IMG/VR virus record: IMGVR_UViG_3300028886_001681
Coordinates: 32,001 to 96,000 of that record
Origin: a virus
Taxonomy: Duplodnaviria > Caudoviricetes
DNA: 64,000 nt
Reading direction: 5' to 3' (one strand)
The notes under the pieces are model-generated. The model had not been told where the DNA came from. It saw only the letters and a list, made by a program, of their open reading frames with translations, and made no database searches. This document shows positions 19,447 through 29,366 of the stretch, piece by piece. The position numbers were made by a program, and so were the translations under genes. The first letter of the stretch is position 1; each line of letters opens with the position of its first letter.

Positions 19447-19515
19447 AAGAGGTGTGGTCGAACGAGATTAGCGATTCAACCAATGTTTAGGGTAACGACC
19501 TAAACTTCACCTCTT
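19447..19515 (-). ncRNA. candidate ~70-nt three-way-junction small RNA
   Basis: AAGAGGTG/CACCTCTT closing stem, two internal hairpins, 3' U tract, AACTATT motif 8 nt upstream. Confidence 0.55.
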
Positions 19516-19529
19516 GTAATTTTCAATAG

Positions 19530-20669
19530 TTAGTTTTCCGTGTCTTGTGAAACCGCGTCGTTGTCGTTCGCGGTGACCTTCAAATCCGCCAACTCCGCTT
19601 TCTTCGCCTCAAGTTCGTCGGTTTTGTCGTCGTCTTGCATTACAGTCTTTTCGTCCGCGTTCTTGTAGGCGCTCAATGTTTCCTCATACAACTTGTCCTT
19701 GAATTCCTCATGCTCCTTCAAGTAGTTGCAGAAGGCCTCCTCTCCTTGCCATCTATGGTCGTCGGAACAAGACTCCTTGTTGGGGTAGTAGAACCAAGCC
19801 CCTCCTTTATTAACCGTCCCTAGTTGAACCGACGCTCTAGCCAAGTCGGTTATTTTGTCAATTCCTTGCCCATAACGACAAACGAGAGTGCACTTGCGGT
19901 AAGGAACTCCGACTTTGTTCTTGGTGACCTTGAATGTGATTTCGTTGCTCACCGCCAATCCGTCCTCTTCCGTAACTTTGGTTTGACGGCGCATTGTCAC
20001 TTGTTGGGAGAATGTAAACTCCCCTGCTCGTCCGACGGATTTCACTTCGGACGGGCCCATTCCCATCGTGTTGATTGAGGCTCTGACTTGTTCGATTACA
20101 ATCAAGGAACAATTGTTGTCCGCGCACACACCAGCCAACTGTTTGTATGCGTTTCCCAAAATGCGAGCCACCAAAGCCATGCTCACGCTAGTGATTTCCT
20201 CGTCGTTCGCCTTTGACGGAGAAAGGGCGGATGTTGAATCCAAAACCGCGATTCCATAGATTCCGCTAGCGATAGAGTCGCGCAATTTGGTCAATCCTTC
20301 CTCCGCGCTCTTCGTTTGGTCGATTACCGTTCTGTCCAAGTCCACACCTAGAGCCTTCAAATAGGACACATCTGTGCTCTGCTCAGCGTCGTATATGTAT
20401 GCGTAGAAGGACTCGTCCTTTCTCTGTTGCTCCGCAATCGTCATGTAGGCGAGAGAGGATTTTGCTGACGAATACGTTCCGTTGATTGCTGCCACACGTC
20501 CAACTGCTATACCTCCGTTTAGCGCTAGGTCGATGCCCATGATTCCTGTGCTATAGAATTTCACTTTCTCAAGGTTGTTGGCGGTTTTCACCGTTCCTTC
20601 CTCGCCGTACTGCTTGGCGAATTTTTTATTCAACTCCGCCAACTTCTTCTTTTTTTCAGACAAATCCAT
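19530..20669 (-). CDS. recA: RecA/UvsX recombinase
   Basis: STG..GID.ALNGG...GR; Walker A variant GTYSSAKS; DAEQ; LDS; KNKV; GAWFY. Confidence 0.95.
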   Translation of the reverse strand: MDLSEKKKKLAELNKKFAKQYGEEGTVKTANNLEKVKFYSTGIMGIDLALNGGIAVGRVAAINGTYSSAKSSLAYMTIAEQQRKDESFYAYIYDAEQSTDVSYLKALGVDLDRTVIDQTKSAEEGLTKLRDSIASGIYGIAVLDSTSALSPSKANDEEITSVSMALVARILGNAYKQLAGVCADNNCSLIVIEQVRASINTMGMGPSEVKSVGRAGEFTFSQQVTMRRQTKVTEEDGLAVSNEITFKVTKNKVGVPYRKCTLVCRYGQGIDKITDLARASVQLGTVNKGGAWFYYPNKESCSDDHRWQGEEAFCNYLKEHEEFKDKLYEETLSAYKNADEKTVMQDDDKTDELEAKKAELADLKVTANDNDAVSQDTEN

Positions 20670-20757
20670 GTTCTTTTCTCCTTTCTATATGATTTTTTTT
20701 CCAAAGCCCATTCTATTCCAAAACGCCCATTCCAATCAAGCGATTTTAGAAAATTTT

Positions 20758-20982
20758 TCATTCTTCCCATTCCTTGTTGAATTTTTTCATCCGCTCATAC
20801 GTCTCCAAAGCGAACTTCTTGGCGTCCTTGAACTCCTTCTCAACCCTAGGCTTTCCGTCCGCGCCCTTGACCGAGTATGTTCCGTCGGAATTCCATTTTA
20901 TCATGGGAACATGCTCGTGGGAAACGCACACTGTATGCCACTTTCCGCATATCAGTTCCTTCTTCCATCTGTAAGCCTTCAT
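20758..20982 (-). CDS. hypothetical protein
   Basis: ORF in array. Confidence 0.55.
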   Translation of the reverse strand: MKAYRWKKELICGKWHTVCVSHEHVPMIKWNSDGTYSVKGADGKPRVEKEFKDAKKFALETYERMKKFNKEWEE

Positions 20983-21224
20983 TCGTCAACTCCTCCGAAA
21001 ATTATTCCGTTTCCGTCCTTTTTCAAGACGAACTCAGTCCACTCACCCCACTTCATGAACTCTTCTTCGTTTTCAAGAATTCCCTTCAACAACAAAAGGA
21101 TTCCTTTCTTGTTGAAAAGTTTGTTTCGCTTCAACGACTCCGAGTGCCTTTCAATCCAATTCCTTATGTCTAGCAAGCACTTGAAGTAGCCTTGGCGGTA
21201 AATCGACTCCTCGACAAAGTTCAT
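20979..21224 (-). CDS. hypothetical protein
   Basis: GGAGG RBS. Confidence 0.6.
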   Translation of the reverse strand: MNFVEESIYRQGYFKCLLDIRNWIERHSESLKRNKLFNKKGILLLLKGILENEEEFMKWGEWTEFVLKKDGNGIIFGGVDE

Positions 21225-21421
21225 TTATAGCCTCCGTTCGATTCCATGTACAACACATCCTCGCCCTCAATTCTAATGTCAATCGTCCTAGTGGGCGGAA
21301 AGCACTTGATGTAAGACAATGTAATTTTAGGATGGCTATAAGCCTTCGCCACTCCGTCTTCAATTATCGTGATTGGCTCTCCGTCCTTCCATTCGTCGAA
21401 ATTTATGACCATTCTTCGCAC
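21221..21421 (-). CDS. hypothetical protein
   Basis: Abuts the ligase stop codon. Confidence 0.5.
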   Translation of the reverse strand: MRRMVINFDEWKDGEPITIIEDGVAKAYSHPKITLSYIKCFPPTRTIDIRIEGEDVLYMESNGGYK

Positions 21422-22747
21422 CTAGTTGTTCGGTTCTTGTCCTTCTTCCTTCAACTCAAGGAACACAGGAAATCTCAAAGATTTAACATGAGTTGTAGTA
21501 TTTTCAGTTTGCTCGAAATACTGTACGGAAATTACTCTACCAATCAATTCATCTTTCATGTTGTAGAATCTAATTCTTTCCTCTTCACTATATCCGCTTC
21601 CCACTTTAGCCTCAATGTGTCCAAGAGTGGGATGGTCTATGTCGCAAATCAACGCTCCTAGCCTTCCTTTGTTGGCGTTCGTTCCTTCCTCCACCCCTCG
21701 GACAATCAAGTCCATTTCGTCAAAAGCCTTGACCTTTAGCCAATCGTTCGTCCTTTTCCAAGAATATGTGCTATCCGTAAATTTAATGACCAAACCTTCC
21801 CAATCATCCTCGCGGACTATTCCTTTCATCAGTTCCTCGATTTTGGAAACATCGCTTCCGACATAAATGTCCTCTACGAAATTGAGATGATTGTGCTTGG
21901 TCTGTCCGAGAGTTTTTCTCAATATGCCGTGGCGCTCCTTGTATGTTTGAGGGCACTTCTTCTTGTTCCAACAATCAACATTCATCATGTCGAACACATT
22001 GTATGTGACCCCTCGTTTCTCTTCGTCTTTGGTGGAAATGACTTTTGTCGTCATTTTGTACACATCTTTTGACGGATATTTCATAAAGTCGTCAATTGTG
22101 AGTTCTCCGTCCAACACGAAGTTGTCGAAAGGCAGATTCTTGATTTCTTCCTCCACTTCAACCAAGCCCACCCAAGGCTTTCCTTGCCGACTAATGAGGC
22201 GGACATTGCCTTTTTCCTTCACCGCTATGCAACGGCAACCGTCTATCTTCACTGAAATTGCGAATTCCCTAGTTCCGTCGACGAGTTGCGGTTTGTCATA
22301 GTATTTGTTGCACAAGCAACAATCCCAAGTTGGCACGAAGTTGGGGATGGCTTTGTTCAAAGTTTTGGCATCCACTCCAAGAGGAAGGTCGCGCGTGACA
22401 ACTCTGTTGAAGAACTCGATGTCATCCTCGCTTTTGCATAGCAAGTTTCTGCAATATTGAACCACCGCTATGTCCTTGTCGGTTCCTGTCTTGTGGGATT
22501 CCAAGTAATCGAACATGCCGAACAAGTCGGTTATGTTGCTTGTCGCTTGTTCCCAACCTTCCGCGACATCCACATTCTTGTTGATTTTTTTGGACGAAAG
22601 CCCCGTAATGACGGAAGAGTCCAAGAGCCATTTCAAGAATTTCTTGAAGTCCTCATCATCAATCGTCTTCAAGAACTCCTTCTTTTCGTTTGTCGACGAT
22701 ATTTTCTTCAACTCGTCGCATGTTTTCTTTATTTTTGAAAATGTCAT
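21422..22747 (-). CDS. lig: ATP-dependent DNA ligase
   Basis: KIDGCR, LDGEL, VFD, EGLVIK, WLKVK, VGSG, SLRFP motifs. Confidence 0.95.
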   Translation of the reverse strand: MTFSKIKKTCDELKKISSTNEKKEFLKTIDDEDFKKFLKWLLDSSVITGLSSKKINKNVDVAEGWEQATSNITDLFGMFDYLESHKTGTDKDIAVVQYCRNLLCKSEDDIEFFNRVVTRDLPLGVDAKTLNKAIPNFVPTWDCCLCNKYYDKPQLVDGTREFAISVKIDGCRCIAVKEKGNVRLISRQGKPWVGLVEVEEEIKNLPFDNFVLDGELTIDDFMKYPSKDVYKMTTKVISTKDEEKRGVTYNVFDMMNVDCWNKKKCPQTYKERHGILRKTLGQTKHNHLNFVEDIYVGSDVSKIEELMKGIVREDDWEGLVIKFTDSTYSWKRTNDWLKVKAFDEMDLIVRGVEEGTNANKGRLGALICDIDHPTLGHIEAKVGSGYSEEERIRFYNMKDELIGRVISVQYFEQTENTTTHVKSLRFPVFLELKEEGQEPNN

Positions 22748-22957
22748 ATCGTTCCTCGCATATTGTTTTTTTATTAGGCTATTCTTCGTCGCCTTCCACG
22801 AAAATCGTGAATTCCTTTTCCTCCGACTTTCCGCTCTCGTTCCATTCCCTAGCGGTCAAGAACGCCTTCTCCCTATTGTTCTTGTACACGCTCATTCCGA
22901 GCACCGCCTCGTCGTCCAATTCTTCAAGCCATTTCTTCAAGTCTTTAACTGTGGTTC

Positions 22958-23224
22958 TCATTCCATTCCTCCAAAGTCCACGGACTCCACGCCAACCAAG
23001 CATTCCGCCCAATCGTAGTTTTCTTGGGAGAATGTCCTTTTGACAACCTTGTAAATTTTTCCGTTGACTTTCAAATAGTCGCCCCTTCTAGCCTCGCTCA
23101 ACGCATAGTCGCCTATCTGCAACTTGTCACCGTTCTCGTCTCGGCATTTCCATTTGACCATAAATATCTCCTTATTCCAACATTTCTTCCAATCCAACCA
23201 TAGGCCAAGCCTTCTCCCCTTCAT
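22958..23224 (-). CDS. hypothetical protein
   Basis: Probable start MVKWK after AAGGAG. Confidence 0.55.
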   Translation of the reverse strand: MKGRRLGLWLDWKKCWNKEIFMVKWKCRDENGDKLQIGDYALSEARRGDYLKVNGKIYKVVKRTFSQENYDWAECLVGVESVDFGGME

Positions 23225-23837
23225 CCAAGCGAAGGTTCATCTCGAATTTCCCTATGCATATTAGGCCGAACTTCCGCTTTTCCGCCCAATCTTGCATTGA
23301 ATTCCAAAAAGCGTCGTCCTTTATGAATTCGCAAGGGTTTTTGGCGAACAAGAAAATCCGTCCGCTTGGATTTTCCATAATCCACGAAAAGTTTGTCGCC
23401 TTCAACAGAGAGCAAGCCTTTTCCTTGCCCTTCAAATTGGCGACTTTCTCGACGAATTCCTTCTTGAAGCCATTGACCCAAGAAGGAATTTCGTCGCCAA
23501 CATTTTTCTCTTGGAATTCATTGTTGGAGCAAGTTTCGCACATCGAATTTCCCTCGCAATCATAGTCGTCGCCATACCCTCGGCACTCGTAGCACCGCTC
23601 CGCCCTATCACGCTCATCTTCGATTTTCTTGATTTCGCTCTCATCTATTTCTTCAACGAACGAGTCGTTTTCTTTCTTCCAACGAACCGACTTCAACTCT
23701 TCGGACACCGTGAAAGTTTCGTCCAACTTCGAATTCTCGCATAGGGAACATAACCGTTCCTTCGAAAAGTCGCCCTTAAATTCATTGTCGTCGACCTCAA
23801 CTTGAAAGCGGATTAATTTCTCGAATTCGACAATCAT
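23172..23837 (-). CDS. hypothetical Cys-rich protein
   Basis: Start moved to MIVEF; CxxC pairs. Confidence 0.6.
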   Translation of the reverse strand: MIVEFEKLIRFQVEVDDNEFKGDFSKERLCSLCENSKLDETFTVSEELKSVRWKKENDSFVEEIDESEIKKIEDERDRAERCYECRGYGDDYDCEGNSMCETCSNNEFQEKNVGDEIPSWVNGFKKEFVEKVANLKGKEKACSLLKATNFSWIMENPSGRIFLFAKNPCEFIKDDAFWNSMQDWAEKRKFGLICIGKFEMNLRLDEGEKAWPMVGLEEMLE

Positions 23838-24430
23838 TCTCCAACCTCCAAAGCCTTGAGCCAAGCGTCCGTTTTCTTCACCGCTCGCCATATCTCGGTC
23901 AAATCCAACTCGTCCACATTATCGAAAAGCCTAGAGCCTACGGAATGGAATTCATAGCCTTCGCTCGTCCATTCCCAAGTGGCGATTGAAAAACAGTTGC
24001 CTTCGAATCCGTTCTCGAAACAGTTCAATTCAAACGAGGGGTTGTTGGGCTTTCTTCCCAAATATGAGCACTCGCATATGGAGTAGCATTTTTTGGTTTC
24101 ATACGACTGCCATTCCCAACGGAGCGAGGGTTTTGTTCTGAACGCGCTTTCGCCGACATAAGGATGGCTTTCGTAATATTCCTCAGTCATGTCGTAGCAT
24201 ATTGACCCTTCTCCGTCCAACTCTTTTTCGATGAACTTAGACAAGTCTTTAATATTTTTTATGGGAGTCAATTCTCCCCTCCAAAATCCGTCTTTCTGCC
24301 AATTCCAATCCTTCGGCTCTTGCGTCGAGTCCTCGAACCAAACATTGTATTTATTGGACTCAACTATTCTTTTCAATCTATTCAAGTCCACGCTTCCATG
24401 AGGATACATCATTTTCCAACTCCTTGCCAT
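23834..24430 (-). CDS. hypothetical protein
   Basis: 198-aa ORF in array. Confidence 0.65.
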   Translation of the reverse strand: MARSWKMMYPHGSVDLNRLKRIVESNKYNVWFEDSTQEPKDWNWQKDGFWRGELTPIKNIKDLSKFIEKELDGEGSICYDMTEEYYESHPYVGESAFRTKPSLRWEWQSYETKKCYSICECSYLGRKPNNPSFELNCFENGFEGNCFSIATWEWTSEGYEFHSVGSRLFDNVDELDLTEIWRAVKKTDAWLKALEVGE

Positions 24431-25092
24431 TTGGCTTCCATTTTACGATATTGATTTATGGCGAAACACATGTCCATTATGATTGGACTGTATTTTCCTT
24501 TCTCCCTCTTGATTTTTCCATTTTCGTCCGTGAATGTGGAGTATCCGTTCTTCCTCGCGTATTCGACGAATTCCTCCCTAAACCTATTGTGCATTGGGTC
24601 GTGAATTCCCCAAAAGTAGTTGGGGATGAGCCAAGTTTCGACGAATCTTGACGCTTCTCTATAGTCGGAAGACAAGTGCCATTTGGTTATATCGTTGTCT
24701 TTCTTTATTCTGTCCACGATTTCGAGCCAAACCAAGTCATAGTCTTCGCCCCAAAAGAATTTGCTCTTCTTCAAATACTCGATGTTGAATTCCTTCTTCT
24801 CCTTCTTCGCCTTTCGGAAGGCCTTTATCGCTTGAATCACTTTCCAAGACAAGCGCTCCGCCTCCTCCGAGTCGATGAAAGACCTCTTGGACAAGTGGAT
24901 TACATTCCCCTCATCCTTGCTATAGCAACTCATCGCCTCCAAGTAAGTGTAGTAGGGAATCAAGTCGGTTTCGTCCTTGATGTCGATTTTGGCCCCGCAA
25001 AGATAGACGGCGGATTTCTCAACCATGCTCTTGGGGTCGTGTATCATTTCGCAAGAATCCGCGAAATCGCATTTGCCAGTCCAACGACTCAC
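24409..25092 (-). CDS. hypothetical phage protein
   Basis: AGGAGG RBS; MSRWTGKCDFAD N-terminus. Confidence 0.75.
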   Translation of the reverse strand: MSRWTGKCDFADSCEMIHDPKSMVEKSAVYLCGAKIDIKDETDLIPYYTYLEAMSCYSKDEGNVIHLSKRSFIDSEEAERLSWKVIQAIKAFRKAKKEKKEFNIEYLKKSKFFWGEDYDLVWLEIVDRIKKDNDITKWHLSSDYREASRFVETWLIPNYFWGIHDPMHNRFREEFVEYARKNGYSTFTDENGKIKREKGKYSPIIMDMCFAINQYRKMEAKWQGVGK

Positions 25093-25143
25093 ATAACCTC
25101 CTTTGTCGTTTCAAATGACGACAGTAATGGAATTTATTTTTTT

Positions 25144-25413
25144 TTATTTAATCAGAGTTATAATCAAGACCACAACTAAGACGGCCAACACAATCGGAAG
25201 CCCGACCCATAGCGGAAGGAACACCATGAACCAACCGTCCCACCAAGCGTCCGTGCTTTGCAAGAACCTTGGAAAGTATCCGTCCCAAAACGAGCACTTT
25301 TCCGTCAACTTCATCGCCAAGAAAAGGACGAACAAAAGGCTTCCTATCGTAAAGCCTTGACTAGTGGCATTCCTCTTCTCGCGCTCCCATTCGTATTCAG
25401 TTTCGCTCATCAT
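25144..25413 (-). CDS. membrane protein
   Basis: LFLAMKL...VFLPLW; two TM segments. Confidence 0.65.
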   Translation of the reverse strand: MMSETEYEWEREKRNATSQGFTIGSLLFVLFLAMKLTEKCSFWDGYFPRFLQSTDAWWDGWFMVFLPLWVGLPIVLAVLVVVLIITLIK

Positions 25414-25654
25414 CGCTCTCCATTCCCTTGAACCATTCGTCCGCCAACTTTAGGCAAGTGGAGAACCTTTCAAATTCCCCAAACTTGGTTCCGTTCTTGT
25501 CCAACTCGAAGGAAAATGTTGGCAACACAAGATAAATCTCCGCGTAGTTGTCGCCCAAAGACTTGACCGCCAATGTTTTCTTGTCGTCCTTGTCTCCCTT
25601 TATTCCATTGTAGTCGAACAAATTCCATCCGTCTATCACAATTCCCCTCGTCAT
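25397..25654 (-). CDS. hypothetical protein
   Basis: ORF in array. Confidence 0.55.
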   Translation of the reverse strand: MTRGIVIDGWNLFDYNGIKGDKDDKKTLAVKSLGDNYAEIYLVLPTFSFELDKNGTKFGEFERFSTCLKLADEWFKGMESDDERN

Positions 25655-26217
25655 TTCGCTTCCTCTTTTTCGATTTTAATTTTCTTTAGTTTGAGCCAAC
25701 CGTCGGACTCTTCGTACTCTTTCGTCATTTTGCCGTTTTTGTTCCAACTAGTCAAGAGAAATTTGGATTTTTTCAACCTAGATTTCTCGATTTCCTTTTT
25801 GGAAAGACCTTCCTTTCTCGCGCATTCCTTGCACAAGGGAAGAACCCAACCTCCCATTTCCCAAATCAAAAGTTTCCCCTTGGAATCTCTCGAAACCTTT
25901 CCACATTTGTAGCAAGTCCATTGGGAGAGCATGCAGAGTATGTCCTCCGCTTCGTTAGTACGCTCATCTCCGCCATAAATGTCCACTCTCAATGAACCCC
26001 ATTTTTCCTTGCAATCCATTATGCGGAAAAGGACTTTCCTTTCTTCGCTCCAAGAGTCGTAGATTTTTAAAATTTCGTCCAAGAACCTTTTCCACAGTCT
26101 TTCCCAACCAAGGCCGTCCCAATAAGTCCGCCAATTACTTTCCATAGCGGACTCTAGGCTCTCGTCGTCCTTGATTTTGAGAAAAGGGTATTTTTCCAAA
26201 AGTTCCTTAATTTTCAT
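25651..26217 (-). CDS. hypothetical Zn-binding phage protein
   Basis: Start moved to MKIKE; KEKWGSLR, CYKCG, LCKEC. Confidence 0.7.
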   Translation of the reverse strand: MKIKELLEKYPFLKIKDDESLESAMESNWRTYWDGLGWERLWKRFLDEILKIYDSWSEERKVLFRIMDCKEKWGSLRVDIYGGDERTNEAEDILCMLSQWTCYKCGKVSRDSKGKLLIWEMGGWVLPLCKECARKEGLSKKEIEKSRLKKSKFLLTSWNKNGKMTKEYEESDGWLKLKKIKIEKEEAK

Positions 26218-26428
26218 TCTCCCTAGCCTCGGCTTCGGCGAACAGTCTTTCCAACTCTTCCGCTTCGTAGCCGTAGTCGGTCGCCCCTTCGGTCGAAAGC
26301 CATTCCCATTCCTCGTAGGTCGGCTCCTTTCCATTAAGCCAACAAAGGCTCTCGTACTCAGACCAATCCATTCCGAACGAAACCGCTCCAATGGCCAACA
26401 AAGCCAAACCAACAAAAATCTTTTTCAT
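26207..26428 (-). CDS. small secreted acidic protein
   Basis: MKKIFVGLALLAIGAVSFG signal peptide; AAGGAG RBS. Confidence 0.65.
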   Translation of the reverse strand: MKKIFVGLALLAIGAVSFGMDWSEYESLCWLNGKEPTYEEWEWLSTEGATDYGYEAEELERLFAEAEARENEN

Positions 26429-26488
26429 TTTTTCTCCTTGACATCCTTCTTATATTGTCGGAATTTTGTCAAGTAACTTTATCATTTT

Positions 26489-26893
26489 TTATCCTTTTAT
26501 TGATTTTAATGTCAAAATCTTGGCTTCCGTGATTGTCTTGTATTTGTCCAACAAGTCCTTGCGTCCGCTAGCCTCAATCGCCTTTTGAGTGACCGTGAAT
26601 CCCTTTCGGCACTCCTCGTCCGTCAGTTCGTCCATGATTTTGGGGTCTATTGTCGACGACTTCTTGAACGACATCTCCAAGACCTTTCCGCATTCATCGT
26701 TAGTCCAAGATGTCTTCTCGTCGACCTTGAGTTTCAACACTTCATCCAAGCCTTTAATGTATTCTTCAATCCTTTCCTTCAAGATTGAAGCCCTTATTCT
26801 CTTGTCGGCCAAGACGGAAGGCTCCTCCTCCTTGTCCAAGATTTCAGTGTTCCACGCTTCCCTCAAGTTTTCCCAAAGTTCACTCGTTTCCAT
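26489..26893 (-). CDS. hypothetical protein
   Basis: AAGGAG RBS. Confidence 0.7.
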   Translation of the reverse strand: METSELWENLREAWNTEILDKEEEPSVLADKRIRASILKERIEEYIKGLDEVLKLKVDEKTSWTNDECGKVLEMSFKKSSTIDPKIMDELTDEECRKGFTVTQKAIEASGRKDLLDKYKTITEAKILTLKSIKG

Positions 26894-26903
26894 ATGTTTC
26901 TCC

Positions 26904-27365
26904 TTATTGGGGAAGAAGGCTCTCGACCAACTTCCGCTCTCTCTTCAATTCCGACAAATTCAACTCGCAGTGTCCGATAACCTCTCCGCAGTAGTCCAAA
27001 ATTTTTCCGAAGTGGGCTTTCAACCGCTCGAACTGCTCCTTCTTGATTGACCTCTCCTTGAAGTAACAGTCGTAAAGTTCCGTCATGTAGGGCGTGATTT
27101 CATTCTTCATGTCCTCGGCCTTTTCCTTCTCCTCAAGCCATTCTTCTTTCTCGGCTTCCAATCCGAGTAGATGGTCTTGGATTTCATCCTTCATGTACAT
27201 TAATCTGTCTTCCATGAAAGATGAGAAAATTCCGTATGTTGAATTGAATATTCGCTTGGCTTCAATTCTCAATTCATTGTCCGTGGCGTCGTCGATGGGA
27301 AGACACTTCTCGGCGATTTCCTTGCCTACTTCATGATACCACAATTCGAACATTCTCTTTTTCAT
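26904..27365 (-). CDS. hypothetical protein
   Basis: AAGGAG RBS. Confidence 0.7.
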   Translation of the reverse strand: MKKRMFELWYHEVGKEIAEKCLPIDDATDNELRIEAKRIFNSTYGIFSSFMEDRLMYMKDEIQDHLLGLEAEKEEWLEEKEKAEDMKNEITPYMTELYDCYFKERSIKKEQFERLKAHFGKILDYCGEVIGHCELNLSELKRERKLVESLLPQ

Positions 27366-27376
27366 TCAAAATCTCC

Positions 27377-27718
27377 TTAAAGTCCGTATTCGCCGTAGAT
27401 GATTGAAATGACTTCCTTCATCTTATCCATTATGTATTGCACTTGCTCGAAGTCGAATTCCTCAAAATTCTCGCAGACGATTTTTCCCTTGCACCACGGA
27501 CGCAAGAACATTTGGTAAAAGTCGGCGAACTTGTCTATCAAGTCATACATCTTGATGTAGCCGACGCCATCGAATCCGTCCAACAAGTTTCTGAAGGCCA
27601 CGCAGATGTGGAGGTCATCGTTGTCTAACTTTTCAGAATACAACAAGTCGATTGCCTTCTCCATCTTCTCCAAATCCTTCAACTTGATTGACGCGCTATA
27701 TGTGAAATTGTTCTTCAT
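27377..27718 (-). CDS. hypothetical protein
   Basis: ORF in array. Confidence 0.65.
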   Translation of the reverse strand: MKNNFTYSASIKLKDLEKMEKAIDLLYSEKLDNDDLHICVAFRNLLDGFDGVGYIKMYDLIDKFADFYQMFLRPWCKGKIVCENFEEFDFEQVQYIMDKMKEVISIIYGEYGL

Positions 27719-27733
27719 TGTCCGCTTCTCCTA

Positions 27734-27970
27734 TTAGAACACTCGCAAATGTATGTTTCTTTCGAACACTTGGCACATTCCCAAGACCAACTTTTGACAC
27801 TCCAACTCGTTTTCCAAGTCCTTGGGCGAAAGTCTGTCCGAATAGTGCCATTCTCCGTAAAGGAAGACGATTTCGTAAAATCCGCTTCCGTTCTTCACCG
27901 AGATTTTGTAAGGTTTGGTTTCCGCCAACTTTCTCACCCAATTCGTCAATTTGTCGATTGTCATTTTCAT
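27734..27970 (-). CDS. hypothetical protein
   Basis: ATGA overlap with ClpP stop. Confidence 0.6.
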   Translation of the reverse strand: MKMTIDKLTNWVRKLAETKPYKISVKNGSGFYEIVFLYGEWHYSDRLSPKDLENELECQKLVLGMCQVFERNIHLRVF

Positions 27971-28653
27971 GCCTTTCTTCTCCTTTTCTTGCTCGTCGTT
28001 CCGTTCAAACTCTTGTCGATTTCCTTTTGAGCCATCGACGAGTACTTGCTCGTGATTTTCTGAATCGACTCCATTTTCTCAATTTCGTCCTTTTGGTAGT
28101 TATTCAACCGCTCCATGGTCTCCTCATTGTCGAAGTAGAAGTCCTTGCCTCCCAAGCACTCCTCAATTTCCTTGTCGGTCATGAAGTTCTTGTAGAGTTC
28201 CTTGAAATGGCGAACCGCCACCTTCTTGTCGAAGTCGTACTTGGCGACCAACTCATTCCACTTGCCGTATCCGCAGTCAGTCCAACAATGAACCATGCAA
28301 TAGGCGTGCTTTGAAATTTCCCAAGCGTTGGCTCCCAACATAATCATCGTCGCTGCGGAACAACAAGCCCCTTCAATTGAAACCACTACATCCGCGTTCG
28401 ACGACCTCAACTCGTCGTATATGTTCCAAGCGGTGTCAGCCAACCCTCCGTAGCAGTTGATGTGGATTGTGACCAAGTCTCCGCTTCGGCAGTTTCCGAC
28501 CGCTCTCAAGAAATCGATGTAGTTCTCGATTTCGGCGATTTCTCCGCTCAAGTAAAAGTCGATTTCCTTGCGCTCGCCAGTGTCCTTGATTTGAAGGGGG
28601 TTGTTCTGAAATTCCTCCGCTCCGTCAATTACTGTTGAAATTCTTTTCTTCAC
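27967..28653 (-). CDS. clpP: ClpP-family protease
   Basis: IHINCYGG, GACCSAATMI (catalytic Ser), CMVH. Confidence 0.85.
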   Translation of the reverse strand: MKKRISTVIDGAEEFQNNPLQIKDTGERKEIDFYLSGEIAEIENYIDFLRAVGNCRSGDLVTIHINCYGGLADTAWNIYDELRSSNADVVVSIEGACCSAATMIMLGANAWEISKHAYCMVHCWTDCGYGKWNELVAKYDFDKKVAVRHFKELYKNFMTDKEIEECLGGKDFYFDNEETMERLNNYQKDEIEKMESIQKITSKYSSMAQKEIDKSLNGTTSKKRRRKA

Positions 28654-29366
28654 TTTAAGTCGTCCTCCTCTCTCGATTTTTTATAATCCTCTATTATTTT
28701 ATCCTTCAATCCTTCCAAACCCTTGGGCATTCGTCCGCAACACTTGATTTCCTTGCAGTAACCGATGTCCTCGCACTTGGGGACGAAGTAGTTGTCGCAA
28801 ATCCACTTCCATTCCTCGGAGTAGGCGGAAAGTTTATCCTTGATTTCCTTGGACAATTCCCTAATCTCATTGTAAGCCCTAGAGCAAAGCCTTTCGTTCA
28901 TGAAGTGAATCAATGCTCGCAAGTTTATCTTCCACACGATTTTCGTGTCCATTCCCAACGGAAGGATGTTGGCTATGTCCTCTTTCGGCATTCCCAATTC
29001 CGCCAATTTTCCGTATGAGTCGGAAATCTCGTCCATCACCGTCTCGTAAATTTCTAGTTGCTTGGAGGATACTCCTTTGGGAGTATAGTAGTTGAAGTTC
29101 TCATAGTCAACATACCTCGTGGACGATTGTAAATAAGTGGTTCCCACTATATGACGACCCAATTCTCTGATACATCTTGCGGATTTACAATCTATAATAA
29201 ATACCACATCCACATATTCCATTATTCGCCCGTGTCCGCTATTGATGCATGACTTGGCTCGTTTTATATTTTTATCAACATCGTCAATATTAGAATTCCA
29301 ACAAACCCCAGCGATTTTTCCAATATAATTCAATGGATTTTTTTGGCAAGACTCAATCAATATCAT
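28650..29366 (-). CDS. thyX: flavin-dependent thymidylate synthase
   Basis: SGH...EY, RH-x7-S-x-R-Y (RHIVGTTYLQSSTRY), NLR.L..F...R...RA..EIR. Confidence 0.92.
   Translation of the reverse strand: MILIESCQKNPLNYIGKIAGVCWNSNIDDVDKNIKRAKSCINSGHGRIMEYVDVVFIIDCKSARCIRELGRHIVGTTYLQSSTRYVDYENFNYYTPKGVSSKQLEIYETVMDEISDSYGKLAELGMPKEDIANILPLGMDTKIVWKINLRALIHFMNERLCSRAYNEIRELSKEIKDKLSAYSEEWKWICDNYFVPKCEDIGYCKEIKCCGRMPKGLEGLKDKIIEDYKKSREEDDLK

Noticed and set aside
19447-19515. tRNA or hammerhead ribozyme
   Set aside because: Only two internal arms and no anticodon/D-arm layout; no CUGANGA/GAAA core on either strand.
26438-26472. sigma70 promoter at TTGACA 26467-26472
   Set aside because: No convincing -10 box at 16-18 nt spacing, so it was left uncalled.
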